Of a stretch of 54,842 bases of DNA, positions 8,200-18,024 are shown piece by piece (the stretch's first letter is position 1; each line of letters starts with the position of its first letter). The notes beneath the pieces were generated by a model. The model ran no database searches. It was not told the origin of the DNA and worked only from the letters and a program-made list of their open reading frames with translations. The stretch lies in contig JAZRPS010000007.1 of assembly GCA_045649345.1 (NCBI GenBank), forward strand, positions 1 to 54,842, given 5' to 3'. Source of the DNA: Candidatus Enterousia sp. Lineage in GTDB: Bacteria; Pseudomonadota; Alphaproteobacteria; Rs-D84. Made by a program: the position numbers and the translations under genes.

Positions 8200-10368
8200 T
8201 TATTTCTTGATTTCTTCGCCTGTTTTCTGGTCGATACCAACCATAGACATACGTGTCTTACCACGTTTGTCGGCACCCAAGAAACGGACATATACTGTGT
8301 CGCCTTCTTTGATTTTTGTGTCTTCGATTTTTGCGATACGTTCGCCCGTGATTTCAGAAATATGAACCATTGCTTCGAATCCGTTCATGATTTTTACAAA
8401 CAGACCGAAATCTTTCATCCCAGATACTGTACCTTTGTAAATCATGCCAACTTCTGGTTCGGCAACAATATCTTTGATGCGTGCGATTGCGGCATCTGCA
8501 TCTGCCTTGTCTGTTGCCATGATTTTTACAGTACCATCATCTTCCAGGTCGATAATTGTATTTGTTTCACGAACCAGCGCCTGAATCACACTGCCACCCT
8601 TGCCGATAACATCACGAACCTTGTCTGGGTTGATTTTCATTGTATACGCCTGGGGTGCATATTCAGACACAGATGCACGTGGCTTTTTGATTGCTTTTTC
8701 AATCTTGCCCAAGATATGCATACGACCATCTTTTGCCTGGGCCAATGCGCGTTCCATAATTTCGAAAGTAATGGATGTGATTTTAATATCCATCTGTAAT
8801 GCTGTCACACCTTGGTCTGTACCTGTCACTTTAAAGTCCATATCACCCAAGTGATCTTCGTCACCCAAAATGTCTGTCAGAATTGCATAATCATCACCTT
8901 CTTTAATCAGACCCATTGCGATACCTGCAACCGGGCGTTTCATTGGAACACCGCCGTCCATCATTGCCAATGTTGCGCCACATGTTGTCGCCATTGATGA
9001 TGAACCATTTGATTCCAAAATATCTGATACAATACGAATGACATAGTCGAATTCGCTGCGACTTGGCACCATTGGGTGAACCGCACGCCATGCCAAATTA
9101 CCGTGACCAATTTCACGACGACCTGGGGACTTTAAGCCTTTGCATTCGCCAACAGAATAGCCTGGGAAATTATAGTTCAAGATAAAGTCACGTTCTTCGG
9201 ACCCGTCCAATGATTCAATTGGCAATGCGTCCTTGCCACCACCCAGTGTCAGTGATACCAGGGCCTGGGTTTCACCGCGTGTAAACAGTGCAGAACCATG
9301 TGCGCGTGGCATAACACCCAATTCAATTTCGATTGGACGAACTGTCTTGTTATCACGACCGTCGATACGTGGCTTGCCTGCCAAGATGTTGCCACGCATA
9401 ATACGCGCAGTCAGGTTTTCAATAACTTCGTCTGCCCATGATTCCAGTGTTGATGTCGCGCGTGTCGATTCTGGGAATAATTCTGGGATACGCGCCTTGG
9501 CGTCGGCATGAATATTTGCCAATGTTTCCAAACGAACCAATTTTTCTTTGATTTGCAATGCTTCTTCAATCGCAGGTGCAAATGATTCAAAATTAGATTC
9601 CATTGTCAACTGTTCTTCGGTCTTTTCTGGTGTTGCCCAGCGTTCTTTACCTGCCTTGTCTGCCAATTCGTTAATTGCCGCGATAACAGACTGTTGTGCG
9701 TCAAAACCAAATTTAACCGCGCCCAGGACAGTCGCTTCGTCCAATTCGCCGATTTCAGATTCAACCATCAGCACGCCATCTTTGGTCGCTGCAACAACCA
9801 AATCCATTTCGGAATCTTCGGTTTCTTTTTTTGATGGGTTTAAAATATATTTACCATTTTCATAACCAACACGCGCCGCACCAATTGGACCCTGGAAAGG
9901 AACGCCAGACAGTGCCAACGCCGCAGATGATGCAATCATCGCCAAGATATCTGGTTGATTAACTTTGTCATATGAAAATACCTGGGCAATGATTTGAACC
10001 TTGTTCTTAAATGTTTCTGGGAACAGCGGACGAATTGGACGGTCAATCAAACGCGCAGTCAATGTTTCAGCGGTTGATGCCTTGCCTTCGCGTCTGTCAC
10101 GTGAACCCGGGATACGACCGGCAGATGCAAATTTTTCTTGATAATCAACCGTCAATGGAAAGAAATCCTGTCCTTCGACCGCAGATTTTTCCGCGCATAC
10201 AGTTGCCAAGACCATTGTTTCACCCATTGTCGCCAGCACCGAACCATTTGCCTGTTTTGCCATACGACCTGTTTCCAAACGCAATGTTGTATTTCCGTAT
10301 GGAATTTCAACCACGACTGGATTGTTTAATTTTGTTTTGTCTTCTTTCTTGAATAAGCCAAAAACCAT
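8200..10368 (-). CDS. pnp: Polyribonucleotide nucleotidyltransferase
   Basis: ETGRMAKQANG, DFFPLTVDY, RREIGHG, ESNGSSSMA, DHLGDMDFK, KH and S1 domains. Start at MVFGLF inferred from the GGAG SD. Confidence 0.97.
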   Translation of the reverse strand: MVFGLFKKEDKTKLNNPVVVEIPYGNTTLRLETGRMAKQANGSVLATMGETMVLATVCAEKSAVEGQDFFPLTVDYQEKFASAGRIPGSRDRREGKASTAETLTARLIDRPIRPLFPETFKNKVQIIAQVFSYDKVNQPDILAMIASSAALALSGVPFQGPIGAARVGYENGKYILNPSKKETEDSEMDLVVAATKDGVLMVESEIGELDEATVLGAVKFGFDAQQSVIAAINELADKAGKERWATPEKTEEQLTMESNFESFAPAIEEALQIKEKLVRLETLANIHADAKARIPELFPESTRATSTLESWADEVIENLTARIMRGNILAGKPRIDGRDNKTVRPIEIELGVMPRAHGSALFTRGETQALVSLTLGGGKDALPIESLDGSEERDFILNYNFPGYSVGECKGLKSPGRREIGHGNLAWRAVHPMVPSRSEFDYVIRIVSDILESNGSSSMATTCGATLAMMDGGVPMKRPVAGIAMGLIKEGDDYAILTDILGDEDHLGDMDFKVTGTDQGVTALQMDIKITSITFEIMERALAQAKDGRMHILGKIEKAIKKPRASVSEYAPQAYTMKINPDKVRDVIGKGGSVIQALVRETNTIIDLEDDGTVKIMATDKADADAAIARIKDIVAEPEVGMIYKGTVSGMKDFGLFVKIMNGFEAMVHISEITGERIAKIEDTKIKEGDTVYVRFLGADKRGKTRMSMVGIDQKTGEEIKK

Positions 10369-10411
10369 TTTTTTCTCCATTTGTTTTTTTTATTTTTTTT
10401 AGTTCGAATTC

Positions 10412-10478
10412 TGCGAAGAAAAATCATTCGTTTATACATTCTGTGCCAAATGTACAAAAGAACAATTTCATCTTCGCA
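10412..10478 (-). promoter_or_regulatory. Long 5'-UTR stem-loop of pnp (probable RNase III processing/autoregulation site)
   Basis: About 28-bp irregular duplex (UGCGAAGA/UCUUCGCA, GAAAUUGUUC/GAAUGAUUUU, UUUGUACAUU/AAUGUAUAAA) just downstream of TTGCAA-16-TATAAT. Confidence 0.75.
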
Positions 10479-10542
10479 ACTGTTTGATTATAAAATATAT
10501 TTACACGTTTGCAAGTCTGTATTTTTTTTGCAAAAAACCACA

Positions 10543-10578
10543 AAAAAACACCCCGACGTTTCCGGGGTGTATATTTTT
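10543..10578 (-). terminator. Intrinsic terminator after the TPR gene
   Basis: ACACCCC-gacgtttcc-GGGGTGT stem with flanking A/T tracts. Confidence 0.7.
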
Positions 10579-10587
10579 CTTTCTTTA

Positions 10588-11667
10588 TTATTCTGCCTGA
10601 ACCGCATCACGTTCAACAATTGCATCTGTTGCAACAGGTTCTGCAACCGCAGGTACACTTGGCTGTGCTGGCTGTGTCAATTCTGCAATTAATGCCTGTA
10701 AACGCGCAACCGTTTCTGTATCGTTTAATGCAACTGCAATTGTGTATGACGATTCCAGGTCACTGCGTGCGCCATCAATATTGCCCAACTGTAAATTCAA
10801 CGCAGCAGATTTTTCAAAATACGCCATTGCGCGATTTGACAGCAGTTCACGTTCTTCCAGTGTTTGTGCGCCCTGAATTTGTTCAGAAATTACACGTACC
10901 GCAGATGAATAATCGTTAATTGCGTCTGCATAACGACCGATTGCAGTATATGCTTCTGCACGTTCTGCATAAACACTTGCAGATACTGAACCTTCGGGAC
11001 GTGCCAACGAATTTGTATAGTCTGCAATTGCACCTTCCCAGTTCTTTAACCACAAATTCAACTGACCACGTTTTGCATACAGGTCACGCATTTGCAATGC
11101 AACACTTGGGTTTGCAGTATTTGCAGCCAATGCATTATTGATATCTGTCAAGGCTGCATTGTATTCTTCCATACGTGTGTACAGCAAAGAACGGTCATAA
11201 TATGCAACGGCGTTTGATGGGTCTTTTGCCAATGCGGCATCAAAATCAGCCAACGCAGCATTATAGTTGCCAGATTGCATATACGCTTCGCCACGCATAA
11301 TATACGCATCAACAGCAGCACCCCCAGCATCAATCGCAGCTGTAAAATCTGCAATCGCGTCATCAATATTGCCGGCGACTAATTTTTCTTTGCCACTTTT
11401 ATAATAGTCAGCAGATTGCAACAAAACTTCTTCGGTGATTTCAACCGTTGGTGCAATGACGTTTGTTGGTGTATGACTGCGTCCCAAAATATAAAATGTT
11501 GCAGCAATAAAAAATAAAATTATAAACCAATAAACATAAATTGACAGCGACCATGAACCACTACATGTCTTAATCTTGTCATTTTTGACAGTTGTTTTAG
11601 ATGCCACAGGGCGTACGGTTGCACGGGTTTTAACGCTTGGATTTTTTTTCACAGATGTTTTTTTCAT
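10588..11667 (-). CDS. Membrane-anchored tetratricopeptide repeat protein
   Basis: Basic N-terminal tail, one TM helix (IYVYWFIILFFIAATFYILG), and multiple TPRs (AY..RG.AY...G.Y..A..DF..A). Confidence 0.85.
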   Translation of the reverse strand: MKKTSVKKNPSVKTRATVRPVASKTTVKNDKIKTCSGSWSLSIYVYWFIILFFIAATFYILGRSHTPTNVIAPTVEITEEVLLQSADYYKSGKEKLVAGNIDDAIADFTAAIDAGGAAVDAYIMRGEAYMQSGNYNAALADFDAALAKDPSNAVAYYDRSLLYTRMEEYNAALTDINNALAANTANPSVALQMRDLYAKRGQLNLWLKNWEGAIADYTNSLARPEGSVSASVYAERAEAYTAIGRYADAINDYSSAVRVISEQIQGAQTLEERELLSNRAMAYFEKSAALNLQLGNIDGARSDLESSYTIAVALNDTETVARLQALIAELTQPAQPSVPAVAEPVATDAIVERDAVQAE

Positions 11668-11697
11668 TGTAAAACTCCCTTCCTTTTAATTGGAATG

Positions 11698-12396
11698 TTA
11701 AAGAGTTTTAATCAGTTCGTCAACCGTTTTCTGTGAAACTTTTTTAATTTTTCCAACTGCAAGATTTCCCAGCACAATATTCCCAAACGAAACACGATGT
11801 AATTTGCGTACCGGACACCCACACGAACGCAAGACAATTCGCACTTCGTTCTTTTTTCCTTCGGTTATTGTGACGCGCAAATCATTACCGCCAATTTCAT
11901 CAATTTTCATTGGTGCATATTTTATACCGTCAATTGTTATTCCGCGACGCGCGATGTCCAGTTTAGAAAAATTATTGCAATTTACCGTCGCAATATAGGT
12001 GCGCGGAATGTTCGATGACGGCAATGTTAATTTACGCGCCAATGCACCATCATTTGTTAATAATAATAACCCTGTTGTTTTATAATCCAAACGACCGACG
12101 TATTTCAGTCCCCGATATTCCCTGGGCAGACAATCATAAATCGTACGACGACCATTTGGGTCACGCACGGTTGTCATTGTATTCAGTGGCTTGTTAAACA
12201 TATATAATTCTGTTTGTACGCGCCCAGATAAAATGTTTCCATCAATACAAACACGGTCATCATCTTTGATAAAAAATACAGGTGTTGTTATTATATTGTC
12301 ATTTACAGATACGCGACCGGTCGCAATTAATTCTTCGGCGACGCGACGTGATGCAAATCCAGAATCCGCAATAAACTTTGCAATACGAACCGACAT
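11698..12396 (-). CDS. rluB: rRNA pseudouridine synthase (RluB/RsuA family)
   Basis: S4 domain RIAKFIADSG.ASRR; catalytic YVGRLD; GLLLLTNDG; EGKKNEVR. Subfamily assignment is tentative. Confidence 0.85.
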   Translation of the reverse strand: MSVRIAKFIADSGFASRRVAEELIATGRVSVNDNIITTPVFFIKDDDRVCIDGNILSGRVQTELYMFNKPLNTMTTVRDPNGRRTIYDCLPREYRGLKYVGRLDYKTTGLLLLTNDGALARKLTLPSSNIPRTYIATVNCNNFSKLDIARRGITIDGIKYAPMKIDEIGGNDLRVTITEGKKNEVRIVLRSCGCPVRKLHRVSFGNIVLGNLAVGKIKKVSQKTVDELIKTL

Positions 12397-12400
12397 ATTC

Positions 12401-13057
12401 TTACCTCAACAATTTTTCAACCGCAATTGATGCCGCCAATTCAGCGCGCAAGATTGTCTTGCCCAGCGATATTCCACACGCGCCGGCATTATCCAGCGCA
12501 GAAAATTCAGCGTCTGAAAAACCACCCTCTGGTCCAACCAAGATAACATTTGCACCAACCGGCGTACAAGACGATTCTTTTCCATATGCGACACGTTCGT
12601 CTGCAAAAACCAAACCAGACAATTCCAATTCCGAGAATTTTTTCGGTGGTAATATTTTTGGAACACTGTTGCGGTTAGATTGTTCTGATGCTTCTACCAC
12701 TATTTTGACCATACGTGTCCAATTTATATGATTGGCGTTTGTTCGTTCTGTTATAACAGGTTGAAATTTTGCAACCCCCATTTGGGTTGCCATATTTAAC
12801 AAGTCGTCTGTCCGCTTAATCGGCGCAAACATCAATGTTATATTGTTTGACGGGTCGTTATGGTCTGTTTTTTCACCGATGTTTAACACACGACCATCGT
12901 CTGACAGCGTTGCATGATATTCATTCCCACCACCAAACGCCAAACACTGGGACGTACGCATAACACGCGTTAGATAGTGCATTGTTCCCCGGTCAACAGG
13001 CACAGACATACCAGTCGACAAATTATCGCCCATAAAGATACGTGGAATATTTTTCAT
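12401..13057 (-). CDS. rsmE: 16S rRNA m3U1498 methyltransferase
   Basis: HYLTRVMR, EASEQS.R, VGPEGGFS, LGKTILRAELA. Confidence 0.92.
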   Translation of the reverse strand: MKNIPRIFMGDNLSTGMSVPVDRGTMHYLTRVMRTSQCLAFGGGNEYHATLSDDGRVLNIGEKTDHNDPSNNITLMFAPIKRTDDLLNMATQMGVAKFQPVITERTNANHINWTRMVKIVVEASEQSNRNSVPKILPPKKFSELELSGLVFADERVAYGKESSCTPVGANVILVGPEGGFSDAEFSALDNAGACGISLGKTILRAELAASIAVEKLLR

Positions 13058-13112
13058 ATTTTTTAATTTCCTGATTTATAAATATATTTTTTTCTGATAT
13101 AATCTTAACACC

Positions 13113-15353
13113 ATGGCAATAAAATTCAACTTTTTATCAGCATCGGGCAAGGGCAAAGGCCTGGGGATTTTTGATTCCACAAAATACAAGGAACACGAAC
13201 AGACCCCATTGGCGCGTGAATTTTGGTCGATACGCTGGACGATTATTATTTGGTTAATTGGCGCACTGATGTTCGCGATGGCATTCCCTGCCGAACAAAT
13301 ATGGCGTTATGGTTGGTCGCCGGCAACACGGCATTGGATTGGAATTTATTTATATCAAATGGTGACAACGTTGGGAATGTCCGTGGTGGCAGAAATACCT
13401 GCGTGGATAACACGCGCTGTTGCGCGTCCAGACTGGGCATGTATTGCGCCGCTGATTCCGATTATTGGGTATTTTTTTCTGTCTGATGCAACAATGACCG
13501 ATGAATTTAACCCACACAGCAAGGATAAATTCGAAGAAAAAACTGCACGCAAGGCGGATGTTGCAGATATTAAAAAAATGGGTGACGACCACAATAATAA
13601 AGAAGGTCTGTTTGGTGGTTTTATGATGGTTTTGGGGTATTTTAAAAGCAGACCCTTGAAAATGGACACATGTTTATCTGCATTGTTATTGGCGCCGGCT
13701 GGTGCCGGTAAAACCCAGGGTGTCGTGATTCCAACAATTGTTGGCTGTGACAATGTTTCTATGATTATAAACGACCCAAAACCTGAATTGTGTCACGATA
13801 CATCTGCGTATCGTGCAACGGTCGGACCGGTGTTTATATTAAACTGGGCGGCACGCGACGAACCAGAAAAAGGTATCTATTACCCGGCATGGAATCCGTT
13901 GTCACCAGAAAACCTGCCGGCAACCGAAGAAGAAAAAAGTACATATATCCAGGTTATTGTTAATACAATTATCGAAGAAAACGCCAAGGATCCACACTGG
14001 TCAAATACGGCGCGTGCGGCGTTGACTGGGTTTATCAACTTTATTGTGTCCAAGGTGGAACGTGCCAAGGCAAATGATTATTTCTATTCACGCCTGTCCA
14101 ACGGTACATTTGATGAACAAGACGCGGCGGTACTGATGGATTATTATATGACAATGTCATCAGACCCAAATGCGTATGCCGCAATGGCATTGTTGCAAAA
14201 AGGACAATTAAATATCAGCAATTATGTTCATGTCGGAACCTGGGCAGGTCTGCCAAAAGAATGGCACGGGGCCGAGGCATCAATACCAATGTTCTTGGCA
14301 TGGTATGTCGAAGGACAAATCAAAGTCGCCCAACAAATCGAAGAACGTAAACGCCAAGGCGACCAAATGGTTATGATGGCAGACCCGATGAAAGACTTCT
14401 TGAACGAGGCTGTAAATGAAGCCCAATTGTATTCGTATGACAGCGACGCGATTTCATCACTTATTAACCTGTCCAATACGCCGGACAAGGAACGCGGTTC
14501 TGTTATTTCAACAATGAATGCCGGATTAAATATTTTCCGTCACCCGGCGGTTAATAAGCATACACGTCATTCCGATTTACATTTTGGGGACCTGCGTGGC
14601 ATGGTTGACCCACGTGATGGCAAGATGAAGCCAACAACGGTATACCTGTCAATGAATGTGGCAGATGCCCCGGCGTTCCGCCCAATTACCAGTATGTTTG
14701 TTGAGTTGCTGTCAAATTTCTTGATTGCCAATAAGCCCGGTAATGTAAATCATGGACAGAAATTGGGACCGTTCCCAACGCTGTTCGTGTTGGACGAAAT
14801 GCCAACAATGAATAAGTTAGAGGCGGTTATCCAAGGTCCCGCCGTTGGTCGTGGACAAAAGGTATCATACCTGATTGTTGGTCAGGACATCAGCCAGATT
14901 GCAGAAAAATATGGTGACAAGGCGGCAGAAACCGTTATTGCCAACAGTGCGGCAAAAATCATCCTGCGTGTAAATGACCCTGCAACGGCACAACGCTTTA
15001 CAGATATGATTGGTAAAAAGAAAACCAAGAAAAAGGAAAAGGGTCCAGACGGTAAAGATACCGAAGTGACAAAAGAAGAAGACCTGTTCAGCCCAATGGA
15101 TTTGATGACACTGCCAATGGGTAAACAGATTATCGTGTATCAGGGACACTATAATCGCCCGATTGAGGCTGACGGTGAATGGCACTTCCTGCGCAAGACC
15201 AAGGTTCAAATCGAAATCAATGATAAAGTTAAAATGGGGGGTACAACACCAATTCCAGAATACCTGATACCACATCATCATCGCGCGTTAAAATATCCGG
15301 GCAATCCACGTACGTATGACCCAAAAACCATGGAAGTAAAAGAATTGGTATAA
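13113..15353 (+). CDS. virD4: Type IV secretion coupling protein (VirD4/TraG family)
   Basis: N-terminal TM segments, Walker A APAGAGKT followed by VVIPT, INDPKPE, WNPL, DPHW, Walker B FVLDEMP, VGRGQKV..QDISQI..KYG. Confidence 0.9.
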   Translation: MAIKFNFLSASGKGKGLGIFDSTKYKEHEQTPLAREFWSIRWTIIIWLIGALMFAMAFPAEQIWRYGWSPATRHWIGIYLYQMVTTLGMSVVAEIPAWITRAVARPDWACIAPLIPIIGYFFLSDATMTDEFNPHSKDKFEEKTARKADVADIKKMGDDHNNKEGLFGGFMMVLGYFKSRPLKMDTCLSALLLAPAGAGKTQGVVIPTIVGCDNVSMIINDPKPELCHDTSAYRATVGPVFILNWAARDEPEKGIYYPAWNPLSPENLPATEEEKSTYIQVIVNTIIEENAKDPHWSNTARAALTGFINFIVSKVERAKANDYFYSRLSNGTFDEQDAAVLMDYYMTMSSDPNAYAAMALLQKGQLNISNYVHVGTWAGLPKEWHGAEASIPMFLAWYVEGQIKVAQQIEERKRQGDQMVMMADPMKDFLNEAVNEAQLYSYDSDAISSLINLSNTPDKERGSVISTMNAGLNIFRHPAVNKHTRHSDLHFGDLRGMVDPRDGKMKPTTVYLSMNVADAPAFRPITSMFVELLSNFLIANKPGNVNHGQKLGPFPTLFVLDEMPTMNKLEAVIQGPAVGRGQKVSYLIVGQDISQIAEKYGDKAAETVIANSAAKIILRVNDPATAQRFTDMIGKKKTKKKEKGPDGKDTEVTKEEDLFSPMDLMTLPMGKQIIVYQGHYNRPIEADGEWHFLRKTKVQIEINDKVKMGGTTPIPEYLIPHHHRALKYPGNPRTYDPKTMEVKELV

Positions 15354-15380
15354 AAATGTCCCAACTGGGGCATTTTTTTT
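15352..15380 (+). terminator. Intrinsic terminator after virD4
   Basis: aaaaatgtccc-aactg-gggcattttttt. Confidence 0.7.
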
Positions 15381-15465
15381 ACGTTAGGGTTTTTTCATAA
15401 ATATTGATTTATCTAAAATATGTTTTATAATTTCGCCGAAAATAAACATAAAAAGGACGACAAAA

Positions 15466-17454
15466 ATGGCAAAGAAATACCTGATTACATCTGCATTACC
15501 ATACGTGAACAATAACCTGCACATTGGGCATTTAATTGGTTGTTGGTTGCCGTCGGATGTGTATGCACGTTTTTGTCGCGCACGTGGACGTGATGTCTTG
15601 TTTGTATGTGGGTCTGATGAACACGGCACGGCCAGTGAAATTGGCGCCCTGAAAGAAGGTATACCTGTTGCAGAATATGTTGATAAATATCGTGCTGCGC
15701 ATGAACAGTCTGTTCGTGATTTTAATTTGTCTTTTGATACATATGGACGAACGCATACAAAATTACACGAACAATTAATTCAGAAATTGTTTGAACGCCT
15801 GCAAGAACAAAATATGTTGGTTGAAAAAACATCTGTTCAGCCGTATTCCGTCAAAGATGAAATGTTTTTGGCAGACCGATTTGTTATTGGAACATGTCCA
15901 AAATGTGGTCACGATGGTGCATATGGGAACGAGTGTGGAAAATGTGGCGCAACCCTGGAACCAGAACAGTTGATTAATCCGCACAGTGCGATTACGCCTG
16001 ATTCACCTGTGGAAATGCGTGAAACAAAACATATGTATTTCAAATCAAGCGAAATGCAAGACAAACTGCGTGAATGGATTAATTCGCGTGTTGGTTGGCC
16101 GAAAACCGCATTGGCAATCGCAAATAAATGGCTGGACGAAGGTCTGCGCGACAGTCCGATTACACGCGATTTAAAGTGGGGAATTCCAGTAAATAAGCCG
16201 GGTTATGAAAACAAGGTTTTCTATGTTTGGTTTGATGCGCCATGGGGCTATGTTTCTATTTCCCAGGCGGCAAATGAAAACTGGGCAGATTGGTGGCACG
16301 GTGGTGATGATGTTCACTATACCCAATTTATGGGCAAAGATAATATTTCATTTCATTCTATATTCTTTCCATCCCAAGAATTGGCGATGAATGACAACTG
16401 GAAAACAGTTGATGTGTTAAAGGGTATGAATTTTTTAAATATGAACGGCGCGAAAATATCTAAATCCACGGGCAATGGTGTTTTCTTGAACGACGCGGTT
16501 CAGGAATTGCCTGCTGATTACTGGCGTTATGCGTTAATCGCGTCTGCCCCAGAAACAGATGACACAGATTTTACCATTGAACGTTTCGCAGATATTGTGA
16601 ACAAAGACCTGAATGGTATGTTGGGGAACTTTGTGTCGCGTGTTTGCAAATTAACAGCCAAGAATTTTGGTAATAATGTACCTGCATCGGGTGCAAAAAA
16701 TCCAGAATTAGAATCACAAATTAACGAAAAATTGGCTGAATTGACACGTGCGCTGGACGCGTGCGAATTTCGCGCATCGATTGCGGCACTGCGCGGTCTG
16801 TACGCGATTGGAAATGAATATATGACACGTATGGAACCATGGGCATTGGTAAAGAATGGTGATATGACGACGGCGGGTGCGGTATTGAACGAATGTTTTC
16901 AGCTGATTGATTTGTTCGCACGTGTATCTGCGCCTGTTATTCCAGAAACTGCGACAAAAATGCAGAACATATTTAATCCAACGCACGACTTATCTTGGCC
17001 GACAGAATACGAACATCGTATAAAAGACGGCGACGAATTTACGGTTCCAGAAAACTTGTTTAATCGTATTGACGATGACAAGATTACGCAAATGACAGAA
17101 AAATATACCGTAAAAAAAGAAGACACGACACCAAAACCTGTTGTTGCAGAAATTGTAAGTGTTGAAAATCACCCTGCGCGTGAAAATTTGCATGTTTTAT
17201 CTGTAAACGTGGGCGGCGATGAAAACATTCAAATTGTATGTGGTGCGCCAAATGTACGCGTTGGGTTGCGTGGCGTTCTGGCCCCGGTTGGTTCAAAATT
17301 ACCAGGTATGAAAAAACCAATGGCACAACGCACCGTTGCCGGTGTTGAATCTTTTGGCATGATGTGCAGCGCATTAGAACTGGGGGTTGGCGCCGACGGT
17401 GATAATATCATCGAATTGGGTTCTGATGTCGAAATCGGTTCGGAATATAAATAA
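15466..17454 (+). CDS. metG: Methionyl-tRNA synthetase with a C-terminal PheT-B2/YtpR-like tRNA-binding OB fold
   Basis: ITSALPYVN..LHIGH, GSDEHG, CPKC..CGKC zinc knuckle, YVWFDA, KISKS. C-terminal domain IVCGAPN...GVESFGMMCS..ELG. Confidence 0.96.
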   Translation: MAKKYLITSALPYVNNNLHIGHLIGCWLPSDVYARFCRARGRDVLFVCGSDEHGTASEIGALKEGIPVAEYVDKYRAAHEQSVRDFNLSFDTYGRTHTKLHEQLIQKLFERLQEQNMLVEKTSVQPYSVKDEMFLADRFVIGTCPKCGHDGAYGNECGKCGATLEPEQLINPHSAITPDSPVEMRETKHMYFKSSEMQDKLREWINSRVGWPKTALAIANKWLDEGLRDSPITRDLKWGIPVNKPGYENKVFYVWFDAPWGYVSISQAANENWADWWHGGDDVHYTQFMGKDNISFHSIFFPSQELAMNDNWKTVDVLKGMNFLNMNGAKISKSTGNGVFLNDAVQELPADYWRYALIASAPETDDTDFTIERFADIVNKDLNGMLGNFVSRVCKLTAKNFGNNVPASGAKNPELESQINEKLAELTRALDACEFRASIAALRGLYAIGNEYMTRMEPWALVKNGDMTTAGAVLNECFQLIDLFARVSAPVIPETATKMQNIFNPTHDLSWPTEYEHRIKDGDEFTVPENLFNRIDDDKITQMTEKYTVKKEDTTPKPVVAEIVSVENHPARENLHVLSVNVGGDENIQIVCGAPNVRVGLRGVLAPVGSKLPGMKKPMAQRTVAGVESFGMMCSALELGVGADGDNIIELGSDVEIGSEYK

Positions 17455-17455
17455 T

Positions 17456-17995
17456 ATGTCGGGATTGCGTGTTGTTTTGTTGTCGTGTTGCGCGCCGTGT
17501 TCGGCGGGTGCAATTAAGCAGTTGGCAGACCGCGCAATCCCAGACGTATCTGACTTTATCGTTCTGTTTTATAATCCAAATATTTTCCCAGAATCTGAAT
17601 ATACCAAACGCATGCATGAACAGATTAAATATTGTGAACAGTTGGGTGTGAAATATGCTGTTTTGGAATATGACCATGACGCGTGGCGTGACGCCGTGCG
17701 TGGTCTGGAAATAGAACCTGAACGCGGTGCGCGCTGTTCGCTGTGTTTTGAATATAGATTTCGCCGCGCGGTAAAATTTGCACGTGAACATGGCTATAAC
17801 GCGATTGCAAGTGTACTGGGCGTATCGCGTCACAAAGACCAAAGTCAGGTTGACACCGCCGCCCAAACGGAATGTTCTGATATTCAATATTTGCCAATAA
17901 AGTGGGACGAAGGTTTACGTGTACAAATTAATCGCGCGTCTGACTTTTATCGTCAAAATTATTGCGGTTGCGAATTTAGTATTCGCAAAGTATAA
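17456..17995 (+). CDS. queH: Epoxyqueuosine reductase QueH (DUF208)
   Basis: CCAPCS, FYNPNI.P, ERG.RC..CF, YRQNYCGC.FS. Start moved to ATG 17456. Confidence 0.9.
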   Translation: MSGLRVVLLSCCAPCSAGAIKQLADRAIPDVSDFIVLFYNPNIFPESEYTKRMHEQIKYCEQLGVKYAVLEYDHDAWRDAVRGLEIEPERGARCSLCFEYRFRRAVKFAREHGYNAIASVLGVSRHKDQSQVDTAAQTECSDIQYLPIKWDEGLRVQINRASDFYRQNYCGCEFSIRKV

Positions 17996-18024
17996 TCTGA
18001 ATTGAATTTAACAAAAGGCTATAT

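Noticed and set aside
15354-15465. Met-sensing leader or S-box/T-box upstream of metG
   Set aside because: The short AT-rich spacer holds only the virD4 terminator and a promoter; there is no Met-rich uORF or riboswitch structure.
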